Below, piece by piece: positions 38,072 to 50,604 of a stretch of DNA of 64,000 nt. Positions within the stretch are counted from its first letter, which is position 1. Each line of letters starts with the position of its first letter. Origin of the DNA: Candidatus Multivoradales bacterium (GTDB lineage Bacteria; Acidobacteriota; Thermoanaerobaculia; Multivoradales; JAHEKO01). The notes under the pieces are model-generated. The model worked only from the letters and a program-made list of their open reading frames with translations. It made no database searches and was not told where the DNA came from. Location: the NCBI GenBank assembly GCA_965223155.1, contig CBDCVR010000013.1, forward strand, positions 1,120,001-1,184,000. The letters are read 5' to 3'. The position numbers and the translations under genes were made by a program.

Positions 38072-38953
38072 CTATCCGGTCGTTCCGATCACCCGCAGCA
38101 TGTTGGGTTGGGCCGTGAATTCTAGCGGCCGGCCTTCCAGCTCGGCCACCAGCTCGCCATCGCACCCCACAATCTGCTGCTCGGCGAAGCGAACCCGAGC
38201 CCAGGGCGTCCGGTGAATCCGCACCGCCGGATGATGCACATGGTTGCCGCTGAAGACGCGGGGGAAAACCTGGAACAGCAAACGCCGCTTACTGAGGGCT
38301 CGCACGATCACCAGCTCGAGGACGCCGTCGGCCAGGTCGGCTCCAGGCGCGATCTGCATGCCCCCGCCAAAACGCGGAGCGTTGCACGCAGTCACGAACA
38401 TGGCCTCCCCTTCCCAGGAGCCACCGGCCCATTCCACCGCGACCAGCGGCGGACGGAAGGTGCGCACGGTACGCAGCACCGCAATCGAATACGTCAGGTC
38501 ATCCGGCCACCACCGGGGCTGCCCGGCCGCCGTGCGCGTGCAAGCAGCGTCAAAGCCGCCGCCGCCGTAGAGAACGAACCAACGCTCGCCTACCCGACCC
38601 AAATCAATGGTTCGGGCGTCGCCATCGAGGGCGATATCGAGGGCGGCCCCGAACTCGTCCGGCACGCCGATCGATCCCGCCAAGTCGTCGCCCCGGCCAC
38701 AGGGCACCACCGCCAGGGCGCACTCGCTTCCAGCCAGCGCCTGCACCGCCAGATGCATGGACCCGTCCCCACCCGCGACGACCAGGCGCTCCACGCCTTC
38801 CGCCACCGCCCGCCGCGCTCGCGCGGTCAGATCCACTCCGCTGGAGCTCACCTCAACCTCGGCTCCCAGCGCCGCAGCACGGCGCCTGAGCGCCGGCAGG
38901 TGCCGGCGGACGCGGCCGCCCCCCGACGTGGGATTCACCAGGAACCTCAGCAT
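38072..38953 (-). CDS. Diacylglycerol/lipid kinase family (YegS/DAGKc)
   Basis: NPTSGGG, GGDGS, PCGRGDD, GFDA, FGGGM, DGE. Confidence 0.88.
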   Translation of the reverse strand: MLRFLVNPTSGGGRVRRHLPALRRRAAALGAEVEVSSSGVDLTARARRAVAEGVERLVVAGGDGSMHLAVQALAGSECALAVVPCGRGDDLAGSIGVPDEFGAALDIALDGDARTIDLGRVGERWFVLYGGGGFDAACTRTAAGQPRWWPDDLTYSIAVLRTVRTFRPPLVAVEWAGGSWEGEAMFVTACNAPRFGGGMQIAPGADLADGVLELVIVRALSKRRLLFQVFPRVFSGNHVHHPAVRIHRTPWARVRFAEQQIVGCDGELVAELEGRPLEFTAQPNMLRVIGTTG

Positions 38954-39086
38954 GGGCGCCTATCCTATGCGCTGCCGCCGTCAACGCACCGAACTGGCGC
39001 GGGCGGCCAGAGTTCTCTCCTCCTGGCTCGTCCCATGAACTGGCTCGGCATCCGCCTGATGGCCGCCGACGCGCCGAAGATCTCGG

Positions 39087-40268
39087 CTAGCTGACGATCG
39101 GAAGGGGGGACGCGAGGCCCCTGTTTGCCGGCGTCAGCGCGTGGCGGTAGCGAGCCGCGAGCTCGGCGGTCTCGTCCCGGGTGACCTGACGCTCGTACAG
39201 ATTGGTTCGCTGGCGCGGCTCGTATCCGGCCGAGCGAATCAGGTGCTCCATCTCGTCCTGGCTCATCTTGTACGCGGTGCCGGCCGCGGACACGACGTTC
39301 TCTTCGATCATGATCGAGCCCATATCATCGGCCCCGAACTTGAGGGCCAACTGCCCGATCTTCTTGCCCTGGGTGACCCAGCTCGTTTGCAGGTGCCGAA
39401 TGTTGTCCAGGAACAGGCGCGACACGGCCAGGGTCGTCAAGTACTCGTGCGCGAAGGTCTCGGGCACATCCTCCATGTCGGTGTGGTCGTGCTGGAAGGT
39501 CCACGAGATGAAGGCGGTAAACCCGCCGGTCTCGTCCTGAAGTTCCCGAATCTTGCGCATGTGCTCGACCCGCGCCGCCAGATCCTCGCCCATGCCGTAC
39601 ATCATCGTCGATGAGGTCCGGAGCCCATTGCGATGAGCCTGACGCATGATGTCGAGCCACTCCTCCGACGACGTCTTGCCGTAGGCCAGGACGTCCTTGC
39701 GCACCGAGTCGACCAGGATCTCGGCACCGCCACCGGGAATCGACTGGAGACCCGCTGCCTTGAGCCGGGCGATCACCTCGTGGAAGCTGAGCCGCTCCAG
39801 CTTGGCGATGAACTTGACCTCCGGCGGCGAAAAAGCGTGCAGATGCACGTCCGGGTAGCGCTCGTGGAGGTAGCGCAAGAGATCCTCGTAGTACTCGAGC
39901 GGCAGGTCGGGGTGAACGCCGCCCTGCATCAGGATTCCGGTGCCGTTGAGGGCCAGCGTCTCCTCGACCTTCTTGCCGATTTCTTCGTGCGGCAACAGGT
40001 ATCCCTCGGGATCGCCAGGCTCGCGGTAGAAGGCGCAGAAGCGGCACTTGTAGACGCAGACGTTGGTGTAGTTGATGTTGCGATCGATGTTGTAGGTGGC
40101 AATCTCGGGGTCGTTGTGTCGATTCCGGACCTCGTCGGCCGCCAGGCCCAGCTCGACCAAGTCTCCGTCCTGCAGCAGGCGCAGGGCGTCCCCTGGGGAG
40201 ATACGGGAACCAGCGACGGCGTCCGCCAGAATCGAATCCACCGCGCGGTCGGAAAGCTCCCAGGCCAT
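39087..40268 (-). CDS. mqnC: Cyclic dehypoxanthinyl futalosine synthase (radical SAM)
   Basis: DRNINYTNVCVYKCRFCAF, MQGGVHP, SIPGGGAEIL, FTAFISWTFQ, SWVTQG, MIEENVV; near mqnA. Confidence 0.92.
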   Translation of the reverse strand: MAWELSDRAVDSILADAVAGSRISPGDALRLLQDGDLVELGLAADEVRNRHNDPEIATYNIDRNINYTNVCVYKCRFCAFYREPGDPEGYLLPHEEIGKKVEETLALNGTGILMQGGVHPDLPLEYYEDLLRYLHERYPDVHLHAFSPPEVKFIAKLERLSFHEVIARLKAAGLQSIPGGGAEILVDSVRKDVLAYGKTSSEEWLDIMRQAHRNGLRTSSTMMYGMGEDLAARVEHMRKIRELQDETGGFTAFISWTFQHDHTDMEDVPETFAHEYLTTLAVSRLFLDNIRHLQTSWVTQGKKIGQLALKFGADDMGSIMIEENVVSAAGTAYKMSQDEMEHLIRSAGYEPRQRTNLYERQVTRDETAELAARYRHALTPANRGLASPLPIVS

Positions 40269-40270
40269 TC

Positions 40271-40732
40271 CTACTCCTCCTCCTCCAAGGTCTTAAGGAG
40301 CCGCTCCAGGCGTTCCACGTCGGGCCCGTCCTTTGCGATCCTTCCAGTCGCCCGCTTCATCGCCAGCAGCTCCGCCAGACCGGCGAAGTGAGTCGGCGTC
40401 CCGGCGAGTTGGCCGGCCACCCGGCCGGCCCGGACTTCGTCCCACTCCACCCCCGGGACACGCGAGTGAATCTCCACGCGCAGCAGTCCCCCAAAAGAAA
40501 GAATGTCGCCGGCGATAAAGTCCTCGGCAGAAAACTCGGACACGAACCCCCCCCAACGCTCGACCGCTCGGCGAGCCCGTTTCGCGTTTTCAAGAGTGGG
40601 CGCGATCAAGACGTCGATGTCACGAGTCGTTCGATAGGGGATGTGCGACAGCACCGCCATCCCGCCGATGACGACGTAGTCCACGTCTTCTCTGTTGAGC
40701 GCATCCAGGAAATCGGCAAAGTCGTTGGTCAT
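40271..40732 (-). CDS. Small nucleotidyltransferase-fold protein (putative toxin-antitoxin component)
   Basis: YVVIGGMAV...RTTRDIDV, MKRATGR..KD..D. Confidence 0.78.
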   Translation of the reverse strand: MTNDFADFLDALNREDVDYVVIGGMAVLSHIPYRTTRDIDVLIAPTLENAKRARRAVERWGGFVSEFSAEDFIAGDILSFGGLLRVEIHSRVPGVEWDEVRAGRVAGQLAGTPTHFAGLAELLAMKRATGRIAKDGPDVERLERLLKTLEEEE

Positions 40733-40904
40733 GAGCGAAGCCTCGCGACAACCAGAGAGTGTAGGCCGTGTCGAGAAGGGCGACGGCCGCAGCCATTCTC
40801 TCGGCCGGCGTGGCCGCGAGCGCATCGGCGATCTCGTCGTCGATCGGGTCCCGGCCATCGCCTGCGCCGCCTACTACGTAGCGCCTCTGCCGCCTTCTCC
40901 TCAA
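40620..40904 (-). CDS. Small hypothetical protein, putative partner of the nucleotidyltransferase
   Basis: Helical core DEIADALAATPAERMAAAVALL; TAGAAT 6 nt before the TTG; tail overlaps the nucleotidyltransferase start. Confidence 0.5.
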   Translation of the reverse strand: MRRRRQRRYVVGGAGDGRDPIDDEIADALAATPAERMAAAVALLDTAYTLWLSRGFAHDQRLCRFPGCAQQRRRGLRRHRRDGGAVAHPLSNDS

Positions 40905-40955
40905 GTTCCCATTCTACCAGCGCGAGCAACTGGCCGGGCTGCCGTCCGGCCTGGA

Positions 40956-41444
40956 TCACAGCCCCTCGTTGCCGGCTGAAGCACGTCCGCCGGCGGCGCC
41001 GAGGTCGCCATCATCGGGATAGGCGAGGACGCCGGTTTGCGCCGTCATCTTCCAGCCGGCCTCGGTCTTGACGTAGATCTTGCAGGTCCGTCCGTGCCAG
41101 CGAAAATTATCCCCGCTCTCGCGATGACGCCAGAGGGTGTCGATGTCCACGACCGCAAAGGCGCCATCGCCCTCGTTCGACACCTGGATGCGCTCGGTGA
41201 CCCGGCGGTTGCGGACGAGCTCATGAGATTCGAAGAGCGCCCGCCAGCCGCCGCCCCAGCGCTCGGCGTCGTACCGGCCCCACTCCATCACCCAGTCGAT
41301 CGGGTCGTGATCTCGGGCCGTCGGTGGCCAAGGCCAGACCATGTCCGGATGGAAACAGGTCAAGAGTAACTCCACGTCCTGGGTATCCCAGGCCCTGGTC
41401 TCCCGATCCACGATCTCCCGGATTTCCCGCTCGGCATCGGTCAT
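40956..41444 (-). CDS. SnoaL/NTF2-like (DUF4440) protein
   Basis: EIREIVDRETRAWDTQD...FHPD...VVDIDTLW...GWKM; ATGA overlap with mqnA. Confidence 0.75.
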   Translation of the reverse strand: MTDAEREIREIVDRETRAWDTQDVELLLTCFHPDMVWPWPPTARDHDPIDWVMEWGRYDAERWGGGWRALFESHELVRNRRVTERIQVSNEGDGAFAVVDIDTLWRHRESGDNFRWHGRTCKIYVKTEAGWKMTAQTGVLAYPDDGDLGAAGGRASAGNEGL

Positions 41445-42283
41445 CTCGCCACCTCCTGTAGGCCGGCCGCTCCCAGCTGCAAAAAGCGAAGCGGCCGAAG
41501 CTTCTCACCTTCGAGATACGGCGCGGCCCGGCGATAGAACTCCTCGAGGCCGGCCACCTCTCTAGGCCCCAAGGTGAAGCTCAGGTTGTTTCTCAGGTAT
41601 CGCATCAGCTCCTCTTCCGGCAGCCGGAGCTCGCGGCCGGCCTCGTGGGCCAGGACACCCAGATTGCGGCGGCCTCGCTCCAGGCTCGCGGCGAAGTCGG
41701 CGGCAATTCTGGACAGCTCGGCGCCGGGCAATTCGCCGCCGGACCGGATCGCCCAAAACGCAAAGACGAACGGCAGACCGGTAAGGCGGCTCCAGGCCTC
41801 GGCGAGATCGAGGACCCGCCCCTCAATCACCGGGATGCTCAGCGCGGGGTCGCCAATGAGAAGCGCGGCGTCATTGCGAGCGAGCATCTCGCCCAAATCG
41901 GCCCGCGCGGGCTCGGCCCGGGGGCGCACACCGTAGAGCGCGTCGAGCAAGATCCTGACGAGGGTCGCCGAAGTGCGGCTGTTCTCGTCCAGCGCCAGCG
42001 TCCGGATCTCGCCGAAAGGAACGTCGCTCACCAGGAGGACGCTCCGCACGGCCTTGTCCGACGCCACGCAACCCGCCGGCAGAATCTCGAGACCGGAGAT
42101 GCGCTGATACTCGATCGAAGGGATCAGCCCGACGTCGAGCTCGCCGGAGGCGAGCCGATCGGCCACCTGCGCCGGCGGCAGGTACACGGCCTCGTAGCGG
42201 TCCGCGACGGCACCGGACAGAAAATCCCAGGCCAGCGGCCGCGAGTTGAGGTAATCGACGATCCCCACGCGCATCTTGGACAT
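41441..42283 (-). CDS. mqnA: Chorismate dehydratase (futalosine pathway)
   Basis: VDYLNSRPL, VRSVLL, SRTS, ALLIGDPAL, DLAEAW..LTGLPFVFAFW. Confidence 0.92.
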   Translation of the reverse strand: MSKMRVGIVDYLNSRPLAWDFLSGAVADRYEAVYLPPAQVADRLASGELDVGLIPSIEYQRISGLEILPAGCVASDKAVRSVLLVSDVPFGEIRTLALDENSRTSATLVRILLDALYGVRPRAEPARADLGEMLARNDAALLIGDPALSIPVIEGRVLDLAEAWSRLTGLPFVFAFWAIRSGGELPGAELSRIAADFAASLERGRRNLGVLAHEAGRELRLPEEELMRYLRNNLSFTLGPREVAGLEEFYRRAAPYLEGEKLRPLRFLQLGAAGLQEVAR

Positions 42284-42335
42284 GCCGCCGAGATTCTACC
42301 CGCCGGTCCCAACGCTGAAGACCGCCCGTGGGAGG

Positions 42336-43658
42336 CTACTTGCCCATCGCGTCCAGGAAGTCCTGATTCGACTTGGTCTTCCTGAGCTTGTCGAGCAGCA
42401 GCTCCATCGACTCGACCGTCGACAGCGGGTTGAGAACCTTCCGCAGGACCCAGACCCGGCGCAGCTCGTCCTCCGGCATGAGCAGCTCTTCCTTCCGGGT
42501 GCCCGACTTGTTGATGTCGATCGCCGGGAAGACGCGCTTGTCGACGAGCTTGCGGTCCAAATGGAGCTCGCTGTTGCCGGTACCCTTGAACTCCTCGAAG
42601 ATGACGTCGTCCATGCGGCTGCCGGTGTCCACCAGCGCCGTCGCGATGATGGTCAGGGAGCCGCCTTCCTCGACGTTTCGCGCGGCGCCGAAGAACCGCT
42701 TGGGCCGGTGCAGCGCGTTCGCGTCGATACCGCCCGAGAGCACCTTGCCGGACGGCGGCTGCACGGTGTTGTACGCCCGCGCCAGCCGGGTGATCGAGTC
42801 CAGCAGGATGACGACGTCCTTGCGGTGTTCGACCAGCCGCTTGGCCTTCTCGATGACCATCTCGGCCACCTGGACGTGCCGGGTAGCGGGCTCGTCGAAG
42901 GTCGACGACACCACCTCGCCCTGGACCGAGCGCTGCATGTCGGTGACCTCTTCCGGACGCTCGTCGATGAGCAGCACGATGAGCACGACCTCGGGCTGGT
43001 TCTTGGCGATGGAGTGGGCCAGGGACTGGAGCAGCATGGTCTTACCGGTCCGCGGGGGCGCCACGATCAGAGCGCGCTGCCCTTTACCCATCGGGGTGAC
43101 GAGATCCAAGACCCGCGACGAGAGATCGCCTTCCAACTCGAGACTCAGGCGCTCCAGTGGATAGAGCGGCGTCAGGTTGTCGAAGAAGATCTTTCCCCGC
43201 GCGACGTCGGGATGTTCGAAGTTGACCGCCTCGACCTTGATCAGGGCGAAGTAGCGCTCGCTGTCCTTGGGCTGCCGGACCTGCCCCGAGACGGTATCGC
43301 CCGTGCGCAGATCGAATCGACGGATCTGGCTGGGCGAAACGTAGATGTCGTCGGGACCGGGCAGGTAGTTGTACTCGGGCGCCCGCAGGAAGCCGAATCC
43401 GTCCGGCAAGCACTCCAGCACGCCCTCGGCGAAGATCAGGCCGCTTTGCTCGGTTTGCGCCTGCAGAATCTTGAAGATCAGCTCCTGCTTGCGCATGGTG
43501 CTGGTGCCCTCGACTTCCAGATCCACGGCCACCTTGGTCAGGGCCGCGCTGGTCATCTCCTTGAGGGCGCTGATGTCGAGTCCGTTCTTGTCCGCTACGA
43601 CGCGAGGCGAGTCGCCCTCGGCCGCCGGCGCTTCCGATTTCTCTGCTGTCTCAGTCAT
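42336..43658 (-). CDS. rho: Transcription termination factor Rho
   Basis: [56 protein letters not shown]. Confidence 0.98.
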   Translation of the reverse strand: MTETAEKSEAPAAEGDSPRVVADKNGLDISALKEMTSAALTKVAVDLEVEGTSTMRKQELIFKILQAQTEQSGLIFAEGVLECLPDGFGFLRAPEYNYLPGPDDIYVSPSQIRRFDLRTGDTVSGQVRQPKDSERYFALIKVEAVNFEHPDVARGKIFFDNLTPLYPLERLSLELEGDLSSRVLDLVTPMGKGQRALIVAPPRTGKTMLLQSLAHSIAKNQPEVVLIVLLIDERPEEVTDMQRSVQGEVVSSTFDEPATRHVQVAEMVIEKAKRLVEHRKDVVILLDSITRLARAYNTVQPPSGKVLSGGIDANALHRPKRFFGAARNVEEGGSLTIIATALVDTGSRMDDVIFEEFKGTGNSELHLDRKLVDKRVFPAIDINKSGTRKEELLMPEDELRRVWVLRKVLNPLSTVESMELLLDKLRKTKSNQDFLDAMGK

Positions 43659-44271
43659 TCATGACCCCTTTGGAGTTCTCCGAGGACGACGCCTCGAGAT
43701 ACCGATCCACCCGCCGCCAGAGTTCCTTGGTTCCATCGCCCGTGGTGCCGGAAACCGGCAGCACGTCTTCCGGATCGATTGCCAGCGCGCGCGCGATCGA
43801 TCCAGCGGTTCCGTGCCGCCGTCCGCGGGCGATCCGATCGCTCTTGGTCGCCGCCACGATCGGCGAGATGCCGAGGCTCTTCAGATACTCGGTGGCCTGC
43901 TGGTCGAGCGCCGTGGCGCCCACCTTCGCATCCACGAGCTGAATCACCAGAGCCCGCCCCGCGACCGACTCGAGGTAGCGTTCCATCAGCTCGGCCCAGG
44001 CCTGGCGCTCCGACTTCGAGACCTTTGCGTAGCCGTACCCCGGCAAATCCACCAGGAAGAAGGCGCGGTTGATCTCGAAGTAGTTGATCGCTCGGGTCCG
44101 GCCCGGCGTGGAGCTGATCCGGGCTAGCGCCTTGCGGCCGACCAGCCGGTTCAGAAGCGTCGACTTGCCGACGTTCGACCGTCCCACGAGGGCCACCTGC
44201 GGCCTGCCGTCCTGGATCAGGTCCGGAACGGAGACCGCGGAGCGAAGATACTCCGCCGACTTGATCTTCAA
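43651..44271 (-). CDS. engB: Ribosome biogenesis GTPase YihA/EngB
   Basis: [26 protein letters not shown]; TTG start with GAGG SD. Confidence 0.94.
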   Translation of the reverse strand: MKIKSAEYLRSAVSVPDLIQDGRPQVALVGRSNVGKSTLLNRLVGRKALARISSTPGRTRAINYFEINRAFFLVDLPGYGYAKVSKSERQAWAELMERYLESVAGRALVIQLVDAKVGATALDQQATEYLKSLGISPIVAATKSDRIARGRRHGTAGSIARALAIDPEDVLPVSGTTGDGTKELWRRVDRYLEASSSENSKGVMND

Positions 44272-44417
44272 ACTGCACCTCTGCGGCGATCTTTTTCGTG
44301 GGATGGGCGCCCGCGGTCCACGAAGGGACCGCAAGACTCGAACTGTGGCTGATTGTGTTTGTGGTTTCCGCGAGTCGGGCTACGAGGTGCAGCCCGGGCC
44401 GGCCTCGAACGAGGCGA

Positions 44418-46841
<2,424 letters not shown>

Positions 46842-46893
46842 ATCTTGGAATTTTCCCTTGGAGCCGGCGCGCCAAACGCGCCTGAAGGAGATT

Positions 46894-48129
46894 CTAAACT
46901 GCCTGTTTGAGAGGTGTGGGCTGGGACCGGTTGAGAACCGTCTCCTCGGTGATCACCACTTCGGAGATGTCCTCCTGTGAGGGGATAGTGTACATCAGAT
47001 CCAGCATCAGCTCTTCGAGAATGATGCGCAGTCCACGGGCCCCGACGTTGCGCTTCTGCGCTTCGCTGGCGACCGCCGTGAGCGCGTCCTCGGTGAACTT
47101 CAACTCGACGTCCTCGAGCTCGAACATCGTCTGGTACTGGCGCACCAGGCTGTTCTTGGGCTCCTGGAGGATCCGCACCAGATCTTCCTCGGTCAGCTCG
47201 TTCAAGGTCGAGATCACCGGCAACCGGCCGACGAACTCGGGGATCAAGCCAAACTTGATCAGGTCCTCGGGAGCCACGTGCTCGAGCAACTTGCCCGAGC
47301 GCCGCTCGCGCTCGGTTTTGACCTCGGCGCCGAAGCCCAGCGACTTCTCGTTCAACCGGTTGGCGATCTGCTGATCCAGGCCCACGAAGGCGCCGCCGCA
47401 GATGAACAGGATGTTGGTCGTGTCGATCTGCAGGAACTCCTGGTGGGGGTGCTTGCGACCGCCCTGAGGCGGCACGTTGCACTGCGTGCCCTCCAGGATC
47501 TTGAGCAACGCCTGCTGCACGCCTTCGCCGGAAACGTCGCGCGTGATCGACGGGTTGTCGCCCTTGCGCGCGATCTTGTCGACCTCGTCGATGTAGACGA
47601 TGCCGCGCTGCGTCTTTTCCTTGTCGTTGCCGGAGGCCTGGTAGAGCTTGAGGATGATGTTCTCGACGTCCTCACCAACGTAGCCGGCCTCGGTCAACGT
47701 GGTGGCGTCGGCGATGGTGAACGGCACCGAAAGGAGGCGTGCCAGCGTCTGGGCCAGCAGCGTCTTGCCGGTTCCGGTGGGGCCGATCAGCAGAATATTG
47801 GACTTCTGCAGCTCCACGTCACCGCGGGCCTTCTCGGCGAACTCGATACGCTTGTAGTGGTTGTAGACCGCGACCGCCAGTTTCTTCTTGGCCAAGCCCT
47901 GGCCGATCACGTAGTCCTCGAGAAACGCCTTGATCTCCTTGGGCTTGGGCAGCTCGGCTTCGTGCTGCTGCTCGATCATCCGATCCTCGGCGATGATGTC
48001 GAGGCAGATGTCGACGCACTCGTCGCAAATGAAGACGGTGGGGCCGGCGATCAGCTTCTTGACCTCGCGCTGGCTCTTGTTGCAGAACGAGCACCTCAGC
48101 GCTTCGTCGCCATTCTCTTTCCTGGACAT
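46894..48129 (-). CDS. clpX: ClpX ATPase
   Basis: CSFC...CDEC zinc finger, [26 protein letters not shown]. Confidence 0.98.
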   Translation of the reverse strand: MSRKENGDEALRCSFCNKSQREVKKLIAGPTVFICDECVDICLDIIAEDRMIEQQHEAELPKPKEIKAFLEDYVIGQGLAKKKLAVAVYNHYKRIEFAEKARGDVELQKSNILLIGPTGTGKTLLAQTLARLLSVPFTIADATTLTEAGYVGEDVENIILKLYQASGNDKEKTQRGIVYIDEVDKIARKGDNPSITRDVSGEGVQQALLKILEGTQCNVPPQGGRKHPHQEFLQIDTTNILFICGGAFVGLDQQIANRLNEKSLGFGAEVKTERERRSGKLLEHVAPEDLIKFGLIPEFVGRLPVISTLNELTEEDLVRILQEPKNSLVRQYQTMFELEDVELKFTEDALTAVASEAQKRNVGARGLRIILEELMLDLMYTIPSQEDISEVVITEETVLNRSQPTPLKQAV

Positions 48130-48315
48130 GGTTACTCCCTGCGTTCCAAGGCTCTGCTCTCCAAGGCGGGGCCTTCGGGCCGCGGCGTCAGTGCCGCCTG
48201 CCCTTTCGAACAGAATCCTCCGGCGCGGAAATTTCCGCTATGCAACACGGAACAGCGTCCCCAGCTCCCTGTCGTCACCTCAGAAATCATAGCAAACGGC
48301 CTTTGGGCTCGGTGC

Positions 48316-48918
48316 CTAGGTCTGCTCCGTGGGACCGGTCCGGCGAGTCATGACCTGATCGGCCAGACCATACTCGACAGCGGCTGCGGCGGTCAGGATC
48401 TTGTCCCGCTCTGTGTCCGCGTGGATCTCGTCATGCGGCTTGCCGGTGTGCTCCGCTAGGATCTCATCGATACGCTCCCGCATCCGCATCAGGTCCTTGG
48501 CGTGGATGTCGATGTCCGTCTGCTGGCCCTGCAGACCGTGGAGCAGCGGCTGATGGATCAGAACGCGGCTGTTGGGGAGCACGGAGCGCTTGCCCTTGGC
48601 CCCACCAGCGAGCAATACGGCGGCCATGGACGCCGCCTGACCGACACACAGAGTCGCGACGTCGGGCTTGATGTACTGCATCGTGTCGTAGATAGCGAGC
48701 CCGGCCGTAATCACACCGCCGGGCGAGTTGATGTAGATCGCAATGTCCTTCTCGGGATTCTCGGCTTCGAGAAACAGGAGCTGGGCGATGATGAGGTTCG
48801 AGACGTCATCGTCGATCGCCCGTCCCAAGAAGATGATGTTGTCCTTGAGCAGGCGCGAGTAGATGTCATAGGCGCGCTCGCCACGGTTGGTCTGCTCGAC
48901 GACCATCGGTATCAGCAT
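48316..48918 (-). CDS. clpP: ClpP protease
   Basis: DIYSRLL, YINSPGG, GQAASM, IHQP, DTERD. Confidence 0.98.
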   Translation of the reverse strand: MLIPMVVEQTNRGERAYDIYSRLLKDNIIFLGRAIDDDVSNLIIAQLLFLEAENPEKDIAIYINSPGGVITAGLAIYDTMQYIKPDVATLCVGQAASMAAVLLAGGAKGKRSVLPNSRVLIHQPLLHGLQGQQTDIDIHAKDLMRMRERIDEILAEHTGKPHDEIHADTERDKILTAAAAVEYGLADQVMTRRTGPTEQT

Positions 48919-48963
48919 GAAAGGGTCTCTCCTGCTCTCTAGTTCGTAGGCACTCGAAAAGTG

Positions 48964-50322
48964 TTACTCCGACTCGTCGGTCCCGGCGGCTCCATCTTCG
49001 TCGTCCTTGCCGGCGACGATCTCCCGTGGCTCGTCGCCGAGGAGCTTCTTGATCGCTCGCTCGTGCAATAGCTGTTCCCGAAGCTCCACCAGCCGGCCAT
49101 TGCGATCCAGCTCTTGCCGGAGCTGTCCCGAGGTCTTCTTGCGAGAGCGAGCAATTGCGGCCAGGGTGGCTTCCAGCTCTTCCTCCGGAACCGCCAGCTC
49201 GAACCGCTCCACGACCCGGTCGAGCACCAGCCGGACGCGCACCCGCGCTTCGGCCTGGGGCCGCAAGTCATCACCCATCTTCTGCCAGTCCACCTCAGCC
49301 TCTTCGACGTCGACGCCTTGCATCGCCAGGTCCCGTGCGTAGCCGGTCATCATTTCTCGGACCTCTTCGTCTACCACCCGCGGCGGCAGCTCGAACGGGT
49401 GGCGTTCGGCCAGTTGGGTGAGCAGGGCCTGGCGGCGCTGGCGGTGGCGTTCGCTCACCTTGGCTCGGCGAAGGTTCTTCCGTACGTCGCCCTCGAGCTC
49501 GGCAAGGGTCTCGAACTCGCCCAACTTGCCCGCGAACTCGTCGTCGAGCGGCGCCAGATCCGGTTCTTCGATCTGGCGGACCTCGATCCGGAAGCGCTGC
49601 GGCGGAGCGTCTTCATGGTCTACCGACGGGCGCGAGAACTCGGCGCTCTGGCCGACGCCCAGACCCGTGGCCGCGAGCGACAGCTCCTCCCAGACGTTGG
49701 GATCACCGACCTCGAAGCTCGACACCTGCGGCTCCGAATCCGACTCGCCGTCCTTCTCGGCGCCCTCATCGCTGTTCTCATCGCCGGCCTCGATTTCCGG
49801 ATCCAGGAGCTCGATCGCCACGGTGACGCGATCCCCGTTGGCCGCGGGCCGTTCCACGGGTGCCCAGTCGGCGAGCTTGAGGCGCAGGTCCTCGAGAGCC
49901 TCATTGACCTCGCCATCGGCCGGCTCGGCGTCCGGATCCGGCAGATCGAAGCTATCGACGTTACCCAGCTCGAAGTCGGGCTTGAGGTCCACCCTCGCCA
50001 CGAAGACCAGGTCCTCGCCTTCGGCGTACTCGACGTTCGCCAGCTCGGGCGCCAGCAACGGCGTCAGCGAGCTCTCCGCCTCGGCCTGTTTCCAGTAGCG
50101 CGGCACCAGCCGCTCGACGACCTCGTGCTCGATGTCGTCGCCAAAGTGCTTCTTCACGATGGCGAGCGGCACCTTGCCCTTGCGGAAACCGGGAATCCGG
50201 GCGTGTTTGCGGTATTCGGAGGCTACCCGCGTGGTTTCCGCTTCGACCGCGGGAGCGGGCACGGAAACCTTGACTTCCTTCTGGCAGGCACCAAGATCTT
50301 CGATCGAAACGACAACACTCAT
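48964..50322 (-). CDS. tig: Trigger factor
   Basis: IPGFRKGKVP signature; tRNA-Leu-tig-clpP-clpX-lon synteny. Confidence 0.95.
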   Translation of the reverse strand: MSVVVSIEDLGACQKEVKVSVPAPAVEAETTRVASEYRKHARIPGFRKGKVPLAIVKKHFGDDIEHEVVERLVPRYWKQAEAESSLTPLLAPELANVEYAEGEDLVFVARVDLKPDFELGNVDSFDLPDPDAEPADGEVNEALEDLRLKLADWAPVERPAANGDRVTVAIELLDPEIEAGDENSDEGAEKDGESDSEPQVSSFEVGDPNVWEELSLAATGLGVGQSAEFSRPSVDHEDAPPQRFRIEVRQIEEPDLAPLDDEFAGKLGEFETLAELEGDVRKNLRRAKVSERHRQRRQALLTQLAERHPFELPPRVVDEEVREMMTGYARDLAMQGVDVEEAEVDWQKMGDDLRPQAEARVRVRLVLDRVVERFELAVPEEELEATLAAIARSRKKTSGQLRQELDRNGRLVELREQLLHERAIKKLLGDEPREIVAGKDDEDGAAGTDESE

Positions 50323-50386
50323 CTGGACGACTCGACTCCGGAACTCTAAGAAACTCTAGGGGATGACTGGGGTTCGGAAACCGGGA

Positions 50387-50472
50387 TGGTGCGAAAGGGG
50401 GGACTCGAACCCCCACCCCGGTACGGGACTAGATCCTAAGTCTAGCGCGTCTACCAATTCCGCCACTTTCGC
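50387..50472 (-). tRNA. tRNA-Leu (TAG)
   Basis: GCGAAAG...CTTTCGC-ACCA acceptor stem, anticodon loop CT-TAG-GA, long variable arm, GTTCGAGTC T-loop. Confidence 0.96.
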
Positions 50473-50604
50473 CCCAGGAAAAGCCCAACACTCCGACCCA
50501 CGATGGGCCGCCGGCCGGGCACTGGCAACGTTGGCAGAACCCCACTCAAACTGCAAGACGCCGGGCCGCCCTCCGGGCCCTTCTCCACGGCGCCGGAGCT
50601 CCTC

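Noticed and set aside
40729-40959. Alternative 76-aa ORF bridging the NTF2 gene and the nucleotidyltransferase
   Set aside because: It has neat 4-nt overlaps at both ends but Arg-rich, non-protein-like composition; the 40620-40904 frame looks more protein-like. Not fully excluded
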